From contig CAWGMA010000004.1 of the NCBI GenBank assembly GCA_963823555.1, positions 576,001 through 640,000 on the forward strand: a stretch of 64,000 bases of DNA, given 5' to 3'. The DNA comes from Candidatus Eiseniibacteriota bacterium (GTDB lineage Bacteria; Eisenbacteria; RBG-16-71-46; CAVPCR01). This document shows positions 1 to 9,899 of the stretch, one piece after another. The notes under the pieces were generated by a model that did not search any database, was not told the DNA's origin, and worked only from the letters and a program-made list of their open reading frames with translations. The translations under genes and the position numbers were made by a program. Within the stretch, counting starts at the first letter, position 1. Each line of letters begins with the position of its first letter.

Positions 1-1
1 T

Positions 2-277
2 GTCGGCTTCGGGCCGCGCTTCCTCCACTCGACCGGCCAGGCCTACAAGGGCGGCCCGCCGAGCGGCGTCTTCCTCCAGATCACGGCCGACGATGCCGCG
101 GACCTCCCGGTCCCGGGTCGCAAGACATCCTTCGGCACGGTCAAGGCGGCGCAGGCGCGCGGGGATTTCGCCGTGCTCGCCGATCGCCGCCGCCGGGCGC
201 TGCGCGTGCATCTCGCGAGCGACGTCGCGACCGGGCTCGAGACCGTGCGGATCGCTCTGGCCCGCGCTCTCGCCTAG
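2..277 (+). CDS. C-terminal fragment of bifunctional transaldolase/glucose-6-phosphate isomerase (5' truncated)
   Basis: Frame 2 reads VGFGPRFLHSTGQAYKGGPPSGVFLQIT...QARGDFAVL to TAG 275-277. GPRFLHSTGQ is the PGI-type motif; gnd and pgl are nearby. Confidence 0.85.
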   Translation, partial: VGFGPRFLHSTGQAYKGGPPSGVFLQITADDAADLPVPGRKTSFGTVKAAQARGDFAVLADRRRRALRVHLASDVATGLETVRIALARALA

Positions 278-1314
278 GCCGTCCCCGTCGCGCGCAACTC
301 GTCGACCAGAGCGCTGAGCCGCGGGCAGTCGCCGTGCATCCCGAGCACCTGATCGAGATGGGCGAGCGCCTGCGGGATGTACTCGAGGAATCCGGGCCGC
401 CCCAATCGCCCGCCGAGCTTCCCGTAGGCGCCGAGAGCCTGCATGAGGCGATCGGCTGCATTGGCGAGGAAGCACCGGCGCCATTTCCGATCGTCGTGCC
501 CCGCGATGTTTTCGAGATAGCGGGCGATCATCTCCTCGCGGACGTTCTCCGGCATGGCAACGTACGGATCGTAGAGCACGGCCGCCAGATCGTACTCCGG
601 AGGTCCGAGGCGGGCGCCCTGGAAGTCGATGACCACGATCTCTTCCCCGTGGACCATCAAGTTCCGTGACTGGTAGTCGCGGTGCATGAAGTGGTGGTTG
701 CCGGGCGCTGCGAGCGCCTCCCGCGCCAGCTGTTCGCATTCCGCCGCGATGTCGTCGAAGTCGTGCCTCCGCCCGAGGTGGCTGGTGACCAGCTCGCGGT
801 GGAAGTAGGCAGCCTCCCATTCGCCGATGAACGCCGAGTCATAGACCGGATTGGGGGTCGCCTCCGGATCGAAGCGCGGGTCGCCGCTCGCGTGCATGAG
901 AGCGAGGGCGTCGATCGCCTGGCGGTAGAGATCGCGGAGCCGGTGCGTGGCGGCTTGCTCTCGCCATGTTCCGGGCCTGGCCAGGTCGTAGAGCCGCGTG
1001 TCCCCGAGATCCTCGAGGAGGACGAGGCCCGCATCCGGATCCGCGCCGAGGAGCGCGGGCACACGGACGCCGCGCCGCGCGAGGAAGTCCTGCACGGCGA
1101 GGAATCCCTCGTTCTCGTCGGGATGGGAGCGATCGGTGGGGAGGGGATTGGCGGCGAGGATGGCGCTGTGTCCGCCGCTCTGGACCCGGTAGATCCGGCG
1201 ATTCGAGCCGTCGCCGGCGAGCGGTGTGATCTCGATCTTCCCGGCCGCGCGCATGGGTGCGGGGAGGGTGCGGACCGCGAAATCGAGGAGCCTCTCCGGC
1301 GATGGCTCATGCAT
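274..1314 (-). CDS. amgK: Anomeric MurNAc/GlcNAc kinase (AmgK-like, APH phosphotransferase family)
   Basis: LAGDGSNRRIYR, LLEDLGD, HRDYQSRNLM, IDFQGARLGP motifs; adjacent to MurU-like and NamZ-like genes. Confidence 0.8.
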   Translation of the reverse strand: MHEPSPERLLDFAVRTLPAPMRAAGKIEITPLAGDGSNRRIYRVQSGGHSAILAANPLPTDRSHPDENEGFLAVQDFLARRGVRVPALLGADPDAGLVLLEDLGDTRLYDLARPGTWREQAATHRLRDLYRQAIDALALMHASGDPRFDPEATPNPVYDSAFIGEWEAAYFHRELVTSHLGRRHDFDDIAAECEQLAREALAAPGNHHFMHRDYQSRNLMVHGEEIVVIDFQGARLGPPEYDLAAVLYDPYVAMPENVREEMIARYLENIAGHDDRKWRRCFLANAADRLMQALGAYGKLGGRLGRPGFLEYIPQALAHLDQVLGMHGDCPRLSALVDELRATGTA

Positions 1315-2272
1315 CGGGAGACCCGCCTGGACCGATCCGGCCGGGGATGGGAGCGGAGCCCGCCCTCGTCAGGAGCACGTGGTGGAGATCGGCCGTGACC
1401 GTCATCTCCGGTCCAACGATCGAGTCCAGGACCGTGACTCCGGGCCCGATCCTCGTGCCCGCCATGACGATGCTCCGCCGGATGCGAGCGCCGGCGCCGA
1501 TCGTGCACGACGGATCGCACCAGCCGAACTCCTCCACTTCGTGCCCGCCGGTGGCCGGGGGGCGGCGGTCGCGGAGGATGCGATGGGCTTCGAGGTAGGC
1601 GGCGGGCGTTCCGATGTCGAGAAAGGGGAGGTCTCCTCGCGGCGACCACACCCAAGCCCCGAGCGCGCCCTCGCGAATGAGCTCCTTGTAGGTATCCGTG
1701 ATGCCGTGAAATCGGCCCCGGGGCAGGCGCGTGACGAGCGCCGGAGACACCGCGTGCAAACCGGTAAAGGTGAGGGCCCGGCCCGGCTCCGGCTGCGCCA
1801 GGATCGCGCTCACGCGGTTCCCCTCGACGGCCACATTGGGATTCACCGCGGACTCGGTCAGCACGAGCGTGGCGAGGAAGCCTCCATGCCGGTGGGTGCC
1901 GACGACCTCCGCGATCGGCAGCGCCATGAGCGCATCCGAGTTGACGATGACGACGGGATCACTCTCGAGATGGAGAGCCGCCTTGGCGATGGCGCCACCA
2001 GTGCCCAGGATCTCGGGCTCGTGTGAGATGACGATGCGCTCTCGCTCCGGGTGGCGATCGATGTGCGCTGCGATCTGCTCCGCCAGGTGATGCGTATTGA
2101 TGACGACGCGGCGCACCTGGGCCGCCCCGTCCCCAGCGAACAGATTCCGGAGATGGAGATCGAGGATCGGGGTGCCGTAGATCGGCAAGAGAGCCTTTGG
2201 AATCTCCGCGGTGAGCGGTCGCATCCGGGTGCCGAGGCCGGCCGCCAGGAGGAGGACGTCGATCTCAATCAT
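1307..2272 (-). CDS. murU: Nucleotidyltransferase, MurU-like (MurNAc-1-phosphate uridylyltransferase), with short C-terminal hexapeptide region
   Basis: LLAAGLGTRMRPLT...PKALLP, GTGG, DIGTP motifs; ATG 2272 overlaps the end of the namZ-like gene. Confidence 0.7.
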   Translation of the reverse strand: MIEIDVLLLAAGLGTRMRPLTAEIPKALLPIYGTPILDLHLRNLFAGDGAAQVRRVVINTHHLAEQIAAHIDRHPERERIVISHEPEILGTGGAIAKAALHLESDPVVIVNSDALMALPIAEVVGTHRHGGFLATLVLTESAVNPNVAVEGNRVSAILAQPEPGRALTFTGLHAVSPALVTRLPRGRFHGITDTYKELIREGALGAWVWSPRGDLPFLDIGTPAAYLEAHRILRDRRPPATGGHEVEEFGWCDPSCTIGAGARIRRSIVMAGTRIGPGVTVLDSIVGPEMTVTADLHHVLLTRAGSAPIPGRIGPGGSPDA

Positions 2273-3533
2273 CGTAGATGAGGAGCGGAGCGACCCGCTC
2301 GCCGAAGGCATCCACGTCCGCCGCCCACGAGGCCGCGATGTCGGCGGTCCGGGCGCCGCTTTCGATGGCGCGGCGGATCCGGTCCGTGCCGTAGAGGAGG
2401 TCGATCGCCAGCCGCTCGTGCTCGTACTCGTAGGGCTCGCGGCGCCAGTCGAAATCGGCGCTCAGGCGCGCCGCGGCGATCAGCGCCGTCGTCAGTCGAA
2501 CCGGCTCGAACCGGACTCGCTCGAGAACATGGATCTGGAAGCCCCGGCAGAGTCTGCCCGCGTGCTTCTGGAAGGTCGGTTCGAAGGCGACCTCGCGGAG
2601 CACCACCCCGGCCAGATCCTCATCGGTCAGAACTGCCTTCAAGGCGCGGAGATCGAGGTAAGGCGCGCCGAAGATCTCGAACGGGCGCGTGGTGCCGCGA
2701 CCCTCGGATAGATTCGTGCCCTCGAGGAGGACCTGCCCCGGATAGACGACGGCGGTCGTGACGTCGGGCATGTTGGGCGAGGGCATGGTCCAGGGCAGCG
2801 CGGCCTCGTCGAAGTAGCTCGTGCGCCGCCACCCGGACATCGGCACCACGGTCAGCGGCTCGGCGATCGAGATGGCGCCGGCCGCGTGGGGCATGGCGCG
2901 GGCCGTCGACGTCACGCGCCGCGCCGCGGCTTCGTCGATCGCCCCCAGACGCCATGCGCCATAGAGGCAGTACTCGGCGGCCGTGAGCCCGTGGCGCAGC
3001 GGGACATCGACGATGCCGACGAACGAGGCGTAGGCCGGCTCGAGGATCGGTCCTTCCATCGCGCCGCCGATCGGATTGGGGCGATCCAGGATGACGACCG
3101 GAATGCCGCGCCCGAGCGCTGCGCCGAGGGCCATGAGGGCGGTGACCAGAAAGGTATAGACGCGGGTTCCCACATCCTGGAGGTCGATGGCCAGGATATC
3201 GATGCCGTCGAGCATCTCGGGCGTCGGCTCCCGCCGCTCGGCGTAGAGGCTCCAGATCGGGATCCCGAGGACCGAGTGGGATCCGTGACCCGACTCGACC
3301 ATGTTGTCCTGCTTCTCCGCGGCGAACCCGTGCTGGGGGGAGAGAAGACGATCGAGATGAACACCGGGGACTCGCGCCACGGCCTCGGCGCTGGGCACCC
3401 ACCCGGCACTGACCGTGGTGCCATTGGCGAGCAAGGCGATGCGCGCCTTCCCGGGGAGTTCGACTCCGCTCTCGATCAAGCGATCGAGTCCGGTCCGGAC
3501 TCGATCCCGCGGATGACGGGCGCGTTGATTCAC
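2265..3533 (-). CDS. namZ: Exo-beta-N-acetylmuramidase NamZ (DUF1343 family)
   Basis: PQHG, DLQDVGTRVYT, LDRPNP, PSPNMP, EGTNLSEGRGTTRPFE motifs; GTG start at 3533 inferred. Confidence 0.85.
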   Translation of the reverse strand: MNQRARHPRDRVRTGLDRLIESGVELPGKARIALLANGTTVSAGWVPSAEAVARVPGVHLDRLLSPQHGFAAEKQDNMVESGHGSHSVLGIPIWSLYAERREPTPEMLDGIDILAIDLQDVGTRVYTFLVTALMALGAALGRGIPVVILDRPNPIGGAMEGPILEPAYASFVGIVDVPLRHGLTAAEYCLYGAWRLGAIDEAAARRVTSTARAMPHAAGAISIAEPLTVVPMSGWRRTSYFDEAALPWTMPSPNMPDVTTAVVYPGQVLLEGTNLSEGRGTTRPFEIFGAPYLDLRALKAVLTDEDLAGVVLREVAFEPTFQKHAGRLCRGFQIHVLERVRFEPVRLTTALIAAARLSADFDWRREPYEYEHERLAIDLLYGTDRIRRAIESGARTADIAASWAADVDAFGERVAPLLIYDD

Positions 3534-3649
3534 GGTTGCCCTCGTTTCGTCAGCCTCCTGCCTGGATGGCGCGGCGGCGAGCGCAGTGTGCCGACAGGAG
3601 GAGGCGTCGGTCAAGGGCTGGCGCGGGCGCTCGCGGCGACCGGCGGAGC

Positions 3650-3677
3650 TTGACAAGCACCGTCCGGGCCGTAGGCT
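3650..3677 (+). promoter_or_regulatory. Sigma70-like promoter for gnd-pgl
   Basis: TTGACA (3650-3655)-N16-TAGGCT (3672-3677), 46 nt upstream of the gnd ATG. Confidence 0.55.
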
Positions 3678-3723
3678 TGCCGGAAATCACCCGCCAGGCG
3701 ATGCCGGCAAAGGAGACACAGTC

Positions 3724-4740
3724 ATGCAGGTTGGAATGATCGGGCTCGGGCGCATGGGGGCGAACATGGTGCGCCGCTTGATGCGGGACGGCCACCGGTG
3801 CGTCGTCTATGCCCGTTCCGCCGACACGGTCGCGGGAATGGTCAAGGAGGGAGCGCGGGGCTCGAAGTCGGTCGCCGATCTGGTCGCGAAGCTCGAACAC
3901 CCCCGTGTCGTTTGGATGATGATCCCCGCTGCCGCCGTGGACTCGATGATCACCGAGATCGTCCCCCATCTCGAGCGCGGGGACATCCTCATCGATGGCG
4001 GAAACTCCCACTATCGCGATGACATCAGCCGGGCGAAGGAACTCGCTGGCGCTGGCGTCCACTATGTCGATGTTGGCACCTCGGGGGGCGTCTGGGGCCT
4101 CGAGCGCGGCTACTGCCTGATGATCGGGGGTGAGGCGGTGGCGGTGCGCCATCTCGACCCGATCTGCAAGGCTCTGGCTCCGCCCGTCGAATCGGCTCCG
4201 CGGACTCCGGGCCGCGAGCGGTTGGGAGGTTCTGCCGAGCACGGCTATCTCCACTGCGGCGGGCATGGCGCCGGTCATTTCGTCAAGATGGTGCACAACG
4301 GGATCGAGTATGGCGTGATGGCGGCATATGCCGAAGGACTGAACATCCTGCATCATGCCAACATCGGCAAGGGGGAGCACGCGGTGGATGCCGAGACCGC
4401 GCCGCTCCGCGATCCGGAAGCCTACCGCTATGATTTCAACATCGCCGACATTGCCGAGCTCTGGCGGCGGGGGAGCGTGATCGCCTCGTGGCTCCTGGAT
4501 CTCACTGCCAAGGCATTCCTCGATAGTCCCGATCTCGGAGACTTCTCCGGGCGTGTCTCCGATTCCGGGGAGGGGCGGTGGACGATCGCCGCCGCCGTCG
4601 ACGAGGGCGTGCCGGCCCCTGTCCTGACCGCCGCCCTCTTCGAGCGCTTCAGCTCCCGGGACCGGGCGGAGTTCGCCAACAGGGTGCTCTCGGCCATGCG
4701 TTTCCAGTTCGGCGGTCACATGGAGAAGAAGGCGGATTGA
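3724..4740 (+). CDS. gnd: 6-phosphogluconate dehydrogenase (decarboxylating, short YqeC type)
   Basis: GMIGLGRMGAN, DGGNS, GAGHFVKMVHNGIEY, DSGEGRW, MRFQFGGH; AGGAGA RBS before ATG 3724. Confidence 0.95.
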   Translation: MQVGMIGLGRMGANMVRRLMRDGHRCVVYARSADTVAGMVKEGARGSKSVADLVAKLEHPRVVWMMIPAAAVDSMITEIVPHLERGDILIDGGNSHYRDDISRAKELAGAGVHYVDVGTSGGVWGLERGYCLMIGGEAVAVRHLDPICKALAPPVESAPRTPGRERLGGSAEHGYLHCGGHGAGHFVKMVHNGIEYGVMAAYAEGLNILHHANIGKGEHAVDAETAPLRDPEAYRYDFNIADIAELWRRGSVIASWLLDLTAKAFLDSPDLGDFSGRVSDSGEGRWTIAAAVDEGVPAPVLTAALFERFSSRDRAEFANRVLSAMRFQFGGHMEKKAD

Positions 4741-5522
4741 GATCGGAAGGGCGGAGTTTCCCCGGCGGTTCGGGGCGGCTCGAGATCGGTGCGGATCCGG
4801 CCGCCGTGAGCGCGCGAGCAGCCGATCTTCTGGCCGGGCTCGCCCGCGACCGGGCGGCTGCGAGCGGGCGCTTCACCGTGGTCCTCGCCGGCGGCTCGAC
4901 GCCCAGGGGGCTCTACCAGCTGCTCGCGATGTCCCCGTACCGCGATCGAGTACCCTGGGCTCGATGTCAGCTCTTCTTCAGCGATGAGCGCTGTGTTCCG
5001 CCCGATCATCCGGATTCGAACTACCGTATGGTGAGGGAAGCTCTCCTCGATCGAGTGTCGATCCCGCCGGATAACGTCCACCGGATGGCGGGGGAGGAGG
5101 CCGATCCGGAGCGGGCAGCAGCGTCCTATGAAGGGGCGCTGCGTCGGGTCCTTGGGCTTGCGCCTGACGAGTGGCCGCGATTCGACCTCGTGCTGCTCGG
5201 CCTGGGCGCCGATGGTCACACGGCCTCGCTCTTCCCCGGAGCGGCGGCGCTCGCCGAGCGCCGTCGGCTGGCGATCGCCACGTTCAGCGAGTCGTTTGGG
5301 GAGCACCGGCTCACGCTTACCGTGCCCGTGCTGAATGCGGCCGCTCAAGCGGTCTTTCTCGTGACCGGCGCGGCCAAGGCGGCGGCGCTCGCGGCCGTCC
5401 TCGCCGGGGCTCGTGACCCCGGTCGCTGGCCGGCGCAGCTCATCGACCCGGAGCCGGGCGATCTGCTCTTTCTCGCGGATCGAGCGGCGGCAGGCTCCCT
5501 CCGGCCCGAGCAAAGACCTTGA
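4737..5522 (+). CDS. pgl: 6-phosphogluconolactonase
   Basis: LAGGSTP, DERCVPPDHPDSNY, LLGLGADGHTASLFP; TTG start overlapping the gnd stop (TTGA). Confidence 0.9.
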   Translation: MRSEGRSFPGGSGRLEIGADPAAVSARAADLLAGLARDRAAASGRFTVVLAGGSTPRGLYQLLAMSPYRDRVPWARCQLFFSDERCVPPDHPDSNYRMVREALLDRVSIPPDNVHRMAGEEADPERAAASYEGALRRVLGLAPDEWPRFDLVLLGLGADGHTASLFPGAAALAERRRLAIATFSESFGEHRLTLTVPVLNAAAQAVFLVTGAAKAAALAAVLAGARDPGRWPAQLIDPEPGDLLFLADRAAAGSLRPEQRP

Positions 5523-5606
5523 TGCCCCGGCCCGGCGTGCTAAGCTCCCGGCCGCTTGCTCGTTTGCGCTCCGGCGCTTTGTAGCACAGGGTTTCATGGA
5601 GGAGTC

Positions 5607-6254
5607 ATGCGCCAGTTCGTGCTCGTCACCACATTCGCCTTGATCTCCGCCTCTGCCGCCTTCGCACAGACCGGCTTCGAGATCTCGGCCGGTATCGGTT
5701 ACACCCTGAGCGAAGGCGTCGATGTGAACGATATCGAGGGTCCGGATGGCCTGATCTACAACAAGGTCGATCCGGAGAGCGGTTTTTCCTACAACGTCGG
5801 GTTCGGGATCCAGCCCAATCACATGCTCGAGATCGGGTTTCTGATGGCTTCCGAGCTCAGCAATCTGAAGGTCTCCGGACCTCGCGGTTCCAAGGAGTCG
5901 GTGGATCTGACCCTCAACAACTACCACGGCTATTTCGCGTACAACTTCGGTTATCCCGGGGCTCAGATTCGCCCCTTCTTCCTCTTCGGTCTGGGTGCCA
6001 CCCACTACATCACCGGCGAATACGATGGCACCGCAGTCGACAACTCGACGCGGTTCTCCACCACCTGGGCGGGCGGCGTGAAGTGGTACTCGAAGGGCCC
6101 GCTGGGCGCTCGCTTCATGGGACGCTGGACCCCGACCTACATCAAGACCGATGAATACGGCTGGTGGTGCGACTACTGGGGTTGCTATGTCGTCGGCAAT
6201 GCCGAGTATTCGCACCAGTTCGAGATGAGCGCGGCGGCGCTCTATCGCTTCTAG
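5607..6254 (+). CDS. Outer membrane beta-barrel protein (small, OmpA/OmpW-like), paralog 1
   Basis: Signal peptide (AFA-Q), alternating amphipathic strands, C-terminal YRF; GGAGGAG RBS. Confidence 0.8.
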   Translation: MRQFVLVTTFALISASAAFAQTGFEISAGIGYTLSEGVDVNDIEGPDGLIYNKVDPESGFSYNVGFGIQPNHMLEIGFLMASELSNLKVSGPRGSKESVDLTLNNYHGYFAYNFGYPGAQIRPFFLFGLGATHYITGEYDGTAVDNSTRFSTTWAGGVKWYSKGPLGARFMGRWTPTYIKTDEYGWWCDYWGCYVVGNAEYSHQFEMSAAALYRF

Positions 6255-6871
6255 GCTTCTCCCGGCGGCGAACCGCCGCCAGGGAGCGGGACAGGCCATC
6301 CTGGGTGTCAGTCTTTGATGGAGGAGTCATGCGTTCATTGGTTCTTGCCTCAGCACTTCTTGCTCTCTCAGCCACGGCCGCCCTGGCTCAGCCCGCCGTC
6401 GAGATCTCAGCTGGCATCGGATACACCTTGAGCGAGGGGGTCGAGTTCGACACGATCGTGATCAATGACATCGCCTACGATGAGATCGATCCAGAGAGCG
6501 GTTTTTCTTACAACGTCGGCGTCGGGGTGATGCCCAATCCCTTGTTCGAGTTCGGATTCTTGATGTCCTCCCAATTCAGCAAGGTGATCGTCTCCGGACC
6601 CCGCACCGAGATGGACGGGGTCGATCTGACCCTCAACAACTACCACGGCTACTTCGCGTACAACTTCGGTTATCCCGGGGCTCAGATTCGCCCCTTCTTC
6701 CTCTTCGGGCTGGGGGCGACCCACTACATCACGGGTGACTTTGATGGGGTGGAAGTCGACAACTCGACGCGGTTCTCCACCACCTGGGCGGGCGGCGTGA
6801 AGTGGTACTCGAAGGGCCCGCTGGGCGCTCGCTTCATGGGACGCTGGACCCCGACCTACATCAAGACCGAT
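6035..6871 (+). repeat. 118-bp exact direct repeat shared by the two OMP paralogs (6035-6152 = 6754-6871)
   Basis: Direct comparison by eye: AGTCGACAACTCG...CATCAAGACCGAT is identical in both copies. Confidence 0.85.
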
Positions 6872-6976
6872 TCTGACGGCTGGTGGTGCGATCCTTACTG
6901 GGGATGCTATGTCGTCGGCAACGCCGAGTACTCCCACCAGTTCGAGATGAGCGCGGCGGCTCTCTATCGTTTCTAG
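6329..6976 (+). CDS. Outer membrane beta-barrel protein, paralog 2 (tandem duplicate)
   Basis: Same length as paralog 1, same ATGGAGGAGTCATGC start context, near-identical C-terminal half, ends YRF. Confidence 0.8.
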   Translation: MRSLVLASALLALSATAALAQPAVEISAGIGYTLSEGVEFDTIVINDIAYDEIDPESGFSYNVGVGVMPNPLFEFGFLMSSQFSKVIVSGPRTEMDGVDLTLNNYHGYFAYNFGYPGAQIRPFFLFGLGATHYITGDFDGVEVDNSTRFSTTWAGGVKWYSKGPLGARFMGRWTPTYIKTDSDGWWCDPYWGCYVVGNAEYSHQFEMSAAALYRF

Positions 6977-7053
6977 ACCGATCCGGACGACCGATCACGG
7001 CCGGCGAGGCAAATCATCCTGAACCCGGCACAAGGGCGAGCGGAGCGTTTCCC

Positions 7054-7735
7054 GTGGCGAGAGGCTCACCATGGGGTAACGCTCCTTCTCTTTGCTCTCT
7101 CCCTGGGGTCACTCCCCGCGGCATCGGCCGCGGAGTCGAGTTCACCGTCCTGGCTCGGGTCCGCGGGTGGCGCCGAGGTCACGCTCTCCTCCGGCTACCA
7201 GTTCGGCGGCGGGTTCGATGCCGATGTCGGAAAGCTCGAGATCGAACCGGCGGCCAACTTCGGGATCACGATCGGCTACGCGAATCCCGCCCGGCCCACG
7301 CTCCATGGCGAGTTCGCCTACTCCCGCCAGCGGGCGCCGACGAATCTCCGCGAGTCCCCCGTCGGGTCGCCGGAGTACCTCTTCGACCTCGACATGCACT
7401 ACTTCCTGCTCGGCGCGATCTACGGATTCCCGCTCTCGGCGCGCGCGGTTCCCTTCGCCGGGATCTACCTGGGAGTGGCAACCGCGGACCCGGTCGGTGA
7501 CCGCTACGCGACGGAGACCTTCTTCGCCTTCTCCCTGGCCGGCGGCATGAAGGCCTATCTCAGCGAGCGCTACGGGATCCGCGGTCAGGCGCGGCTCCTG
7601 GCGCCGGTGGAGTTCACGAGCGGCAGCCTCTTTTGCACGGGCGGGGCCAGCGGGGGCAGGTGTGCGGTGAGCGTCTCCGGCGGCTCCGTCATCTGGCAGG
7701 GTGACGTGTCAGCGGGAGTGTTCGTTCACTTCTGA
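7054..7735 (+). CDS. Outer membrane beta-barrel protein, paralog 3 (apparent +1 frameshift in GGGG at 7073-7076)
   Basis: Frame 2 is open upstream of 7394 (VTLLLFALSLG...AEVTLSSGYQFGG) with no canonical start. Removing one G joins GTG 7054 (GGAG RBS) to give a signal peptide; ends in F. Confidence 0.65.
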
Positions 7736-9108
7736 CTCTTGGGCTCGCTGTCGCCGGTCCCGAGCGCGACCCCGACCATGAACGTCAGCCGCGAGTATCT
7801 GAAGTCGATGCCTTCGATCTCGACGAGCGGTGGTTGCCCAGGCACGACGGGGGGGAAGAAGTTCCTCTGCTCATCACTTCCCCAGGCGTAGGCGATCCCG
7901 CCCGAGAAGCGGTTGCCGAACGCCTTGGCCTCGCCCCCGAAGGTCAGATGGTAGAGATCCCAGCTCGACAGGGCCATGCGGGGATCCGTTTCTTCGGAGT
8001 AGGCGGAACGATCCACCGCAAACGCGCCATAGAGCGATGTGTTGGCGTTGAGCTCATGCTCGACCCCGAAGCCGAAATCGAAGACGCTCCTCAGATCCTG
8101 ATTCATATTGAGCACGATGTCTTCATAGTTGGCACCGGGATCGATCGGCGAGCTCTCGAGGATCTTCCCATCGACGCTGTTGAACCATTCACCGCTCGCA
8201 TGAAACCGAGTCTTGTTCAAGAACCACGATCCTCCGATCCCGATTCCCCAGGATGAGCGGTAGTCCGCGTCCAGGTCATCCTGGAAGCCGGTGACCAGGA
8301 AGTTGTCGGGGGACTGGTCACCGTTGAGATCGATCCCGGTCAGCGATCGGGTGAACCCGATGTTCCCGCTTCCGAACAGGCCGAGGCTCGGGGTGGTGAG
8401 GGTGAGTCCGAACTGGAACGGCCCCCGATCGGCGGCGATCCCGAGCTTGGCCAGGAGTCGGTAGTGCGAGAACTTGGTGTTGTTGACCGTCAGAGCCGTG
8501 GAGCCCGTTCCGGCCGAATCCGCCTGGACATTCCACTCGCTGCGATAGCGATGGCTGCGATAGGCGAAATAGCCGGTGAAGCCGTAGCCGATCCCCTGGG
8601 GAGTGCGGCGCGACCAGGTGCCTCCAAACCAGGTATCCGAGGACTTCTCGTTGACGGCCACCTCGCTGGCCAGGATCGAGGCATCACGATTGACGACCGT
8701 GCGCTCGTTGACCAGGAAGTCCGCGTTCTGGCGCGGCAGGTAGGACCAGGCCAGCCGCCGGTCCGGGCTGGACCCGGGTACGTTGCCGGCGACCAGCGAG
8801 GGCGCCGTGAACCAGCGGCCGGCCTGCAGATCGAGGGAGGCAGCCGGGACCCCGCGCGACTGGATCTTCAGATTCTCTTCCTGGAGCGCATTGACCGAGA
8901 GCAGAAAGGCGGGATCGTCGGTGAGGGCGAGGCCGCCTGGGTTGTAATAGGTGGCGGAGAGGTCGCGCGCGCCGGCGATCATGACGCCGCCGATGAGCTG
9001 GCCGATCGTTCCGTACTGGATCGACCAGTAGTTCGTGTCCTGGGCTACGACCGGGCGCGGGTGGACGATGAGGAGCAACACCAGGCCGATCACGCATCTG
9101 AGCTTCAT
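7726..9108 (-). CDS. Outer membrane beta-barrel protein, FadL/OmpP1-like
   Basis: Signal peptide, N-terminal SATYYNPGGL motif, many amphipathic strands. Confidence 0.65.
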   Translation of the reverse strand: MKLRCVIGLVLLLIVHPRPVVAQDTNYWSIQYGTIGQLIGGVMIAGARDLSATYYNPGGLALTDDPAFLLSVNALQEENLKIQSRGVPAASLDLQAGRWFTAPSLVAGNVPGSSPDRRLAWSYLPRQNADFLVNERTVVNRDASILASEVAVNEKSSDTWFGGTWSRRTPQGIGYGFTGYFAYRSHRYRSEWNVQADSAGTGSTALTVNNTKFSHYRLLAKLGIAADRGPFQFGLTLTTPSLGLFGSGNIGFTRSLTGIDLNGDQSPDNFLVTGFQDDLDADYRSSWGIGIGGSWFLNKTRFHASGEWFNSVDGKILESSPIDPGANYEDIVLNMNQDLRSVFDFGFGVEHELNANTSLYGAFAVDRSAYSEETDPRMALSSWDLYHLTFGGEAKAFGNRFSGGIAYAWGSDEQRNFFPPVVPGQPPLVEIEGIDFRYSRLTFMVGVALGTGDSEPKSQK

Positions 9109-9212
9109 GGGGCCTCCCCTGGACGAGAGAGAACAGCGGGGACATTAGCTCAGCGCTTTGCGAGCGGTCAAGGAAGCGGTCGGGGGAGTCGTTCGATGCA
9201 GCAGGAGAGGGA

Positions 9213-9881
9213 CTAGCCGGCGGCGGGCAGGCGGTTCTTGAACGATGCCAGGCGCTCGCGCTCAGCCTGGGCGCGGGCCATCTCGCTCTCCCGCATCTCG
9301 ATCTCGGCGCGCAGGATGCGGATCTCCTCGGCAACGTCGGCTTCCGCTCTGGTGCGGGTCGTCTCGAAGGCGGCGCGCTGCTGCTTGCGATCGCTGGCGA
9401 CGACGATCGCGGCCACGGCGGCGACGAGCGCGAGGCCGATGCCGGCGATGGCGGGATGGAGGTCGAAACGCACGATGGCGAGGATGGTGAGGACCACGAT
9501 GATGGCGGCCACCGCGCCCGCAATCCACGCCCGACGCGCGTCATAGGCGAAGCGGAGCCGCTGCAGGCGGAGCTCGAGCAGGGTGATCTCGCCGGTCGCG
9601 GCGTCGCGGAGCTTCTGTGCCGTTGCCTCCTTGCCGGCGATGCGCTCCGATTCGGCATCGAGGCGCATGAGGATCACCTCGCGCGCCACCAACGCCTCCT
9701 CGCCCGGAGCCTCGCGCCAGCCACGACGGATCTCGTCGATGGCGCGGTCCATGTCGTCGGCGCGGAGCGCGTCGAGAGCGCTCTTCACGTAGTAGGAGCT
9801 CGGGTACCAGCCGCGCTCCTTCGATACCTGGAGGCCGAGGCGAACCAGGGCGGCCGCGATCAGTGTAGTGAGGGTGGCCAT
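9213..9881 (-). CDS. Hypothetical membrane protein (coiled coil, two TM helices, coiled coil)
   Basis: AAGGAG RBS; two hydrophobic segments flanked by E/R-rich helical regions. Confidence 0.7.
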   Translation of the reverse strand: MATLTTLIAAALVRLGLQVSKERGWYPSSYYVKSALDALRADDMDRAIDEIRRGWREAPGEEALVAREVILMRLDAESERIAGKEATAQKLRDAATGEITLLELRLQRLRFAYDARRAWIAGAVAAIIVVLTILAIVRFDLHPAIAGIGLALVAAVAAIVVASDRKQQRAAFETTRTRAEADVAEEIRILRAEIEMRESEMARAQAERERLASFKNRLPAAG

Positions 9882-9899
9882 GGCGGCGCTACACTCCTT

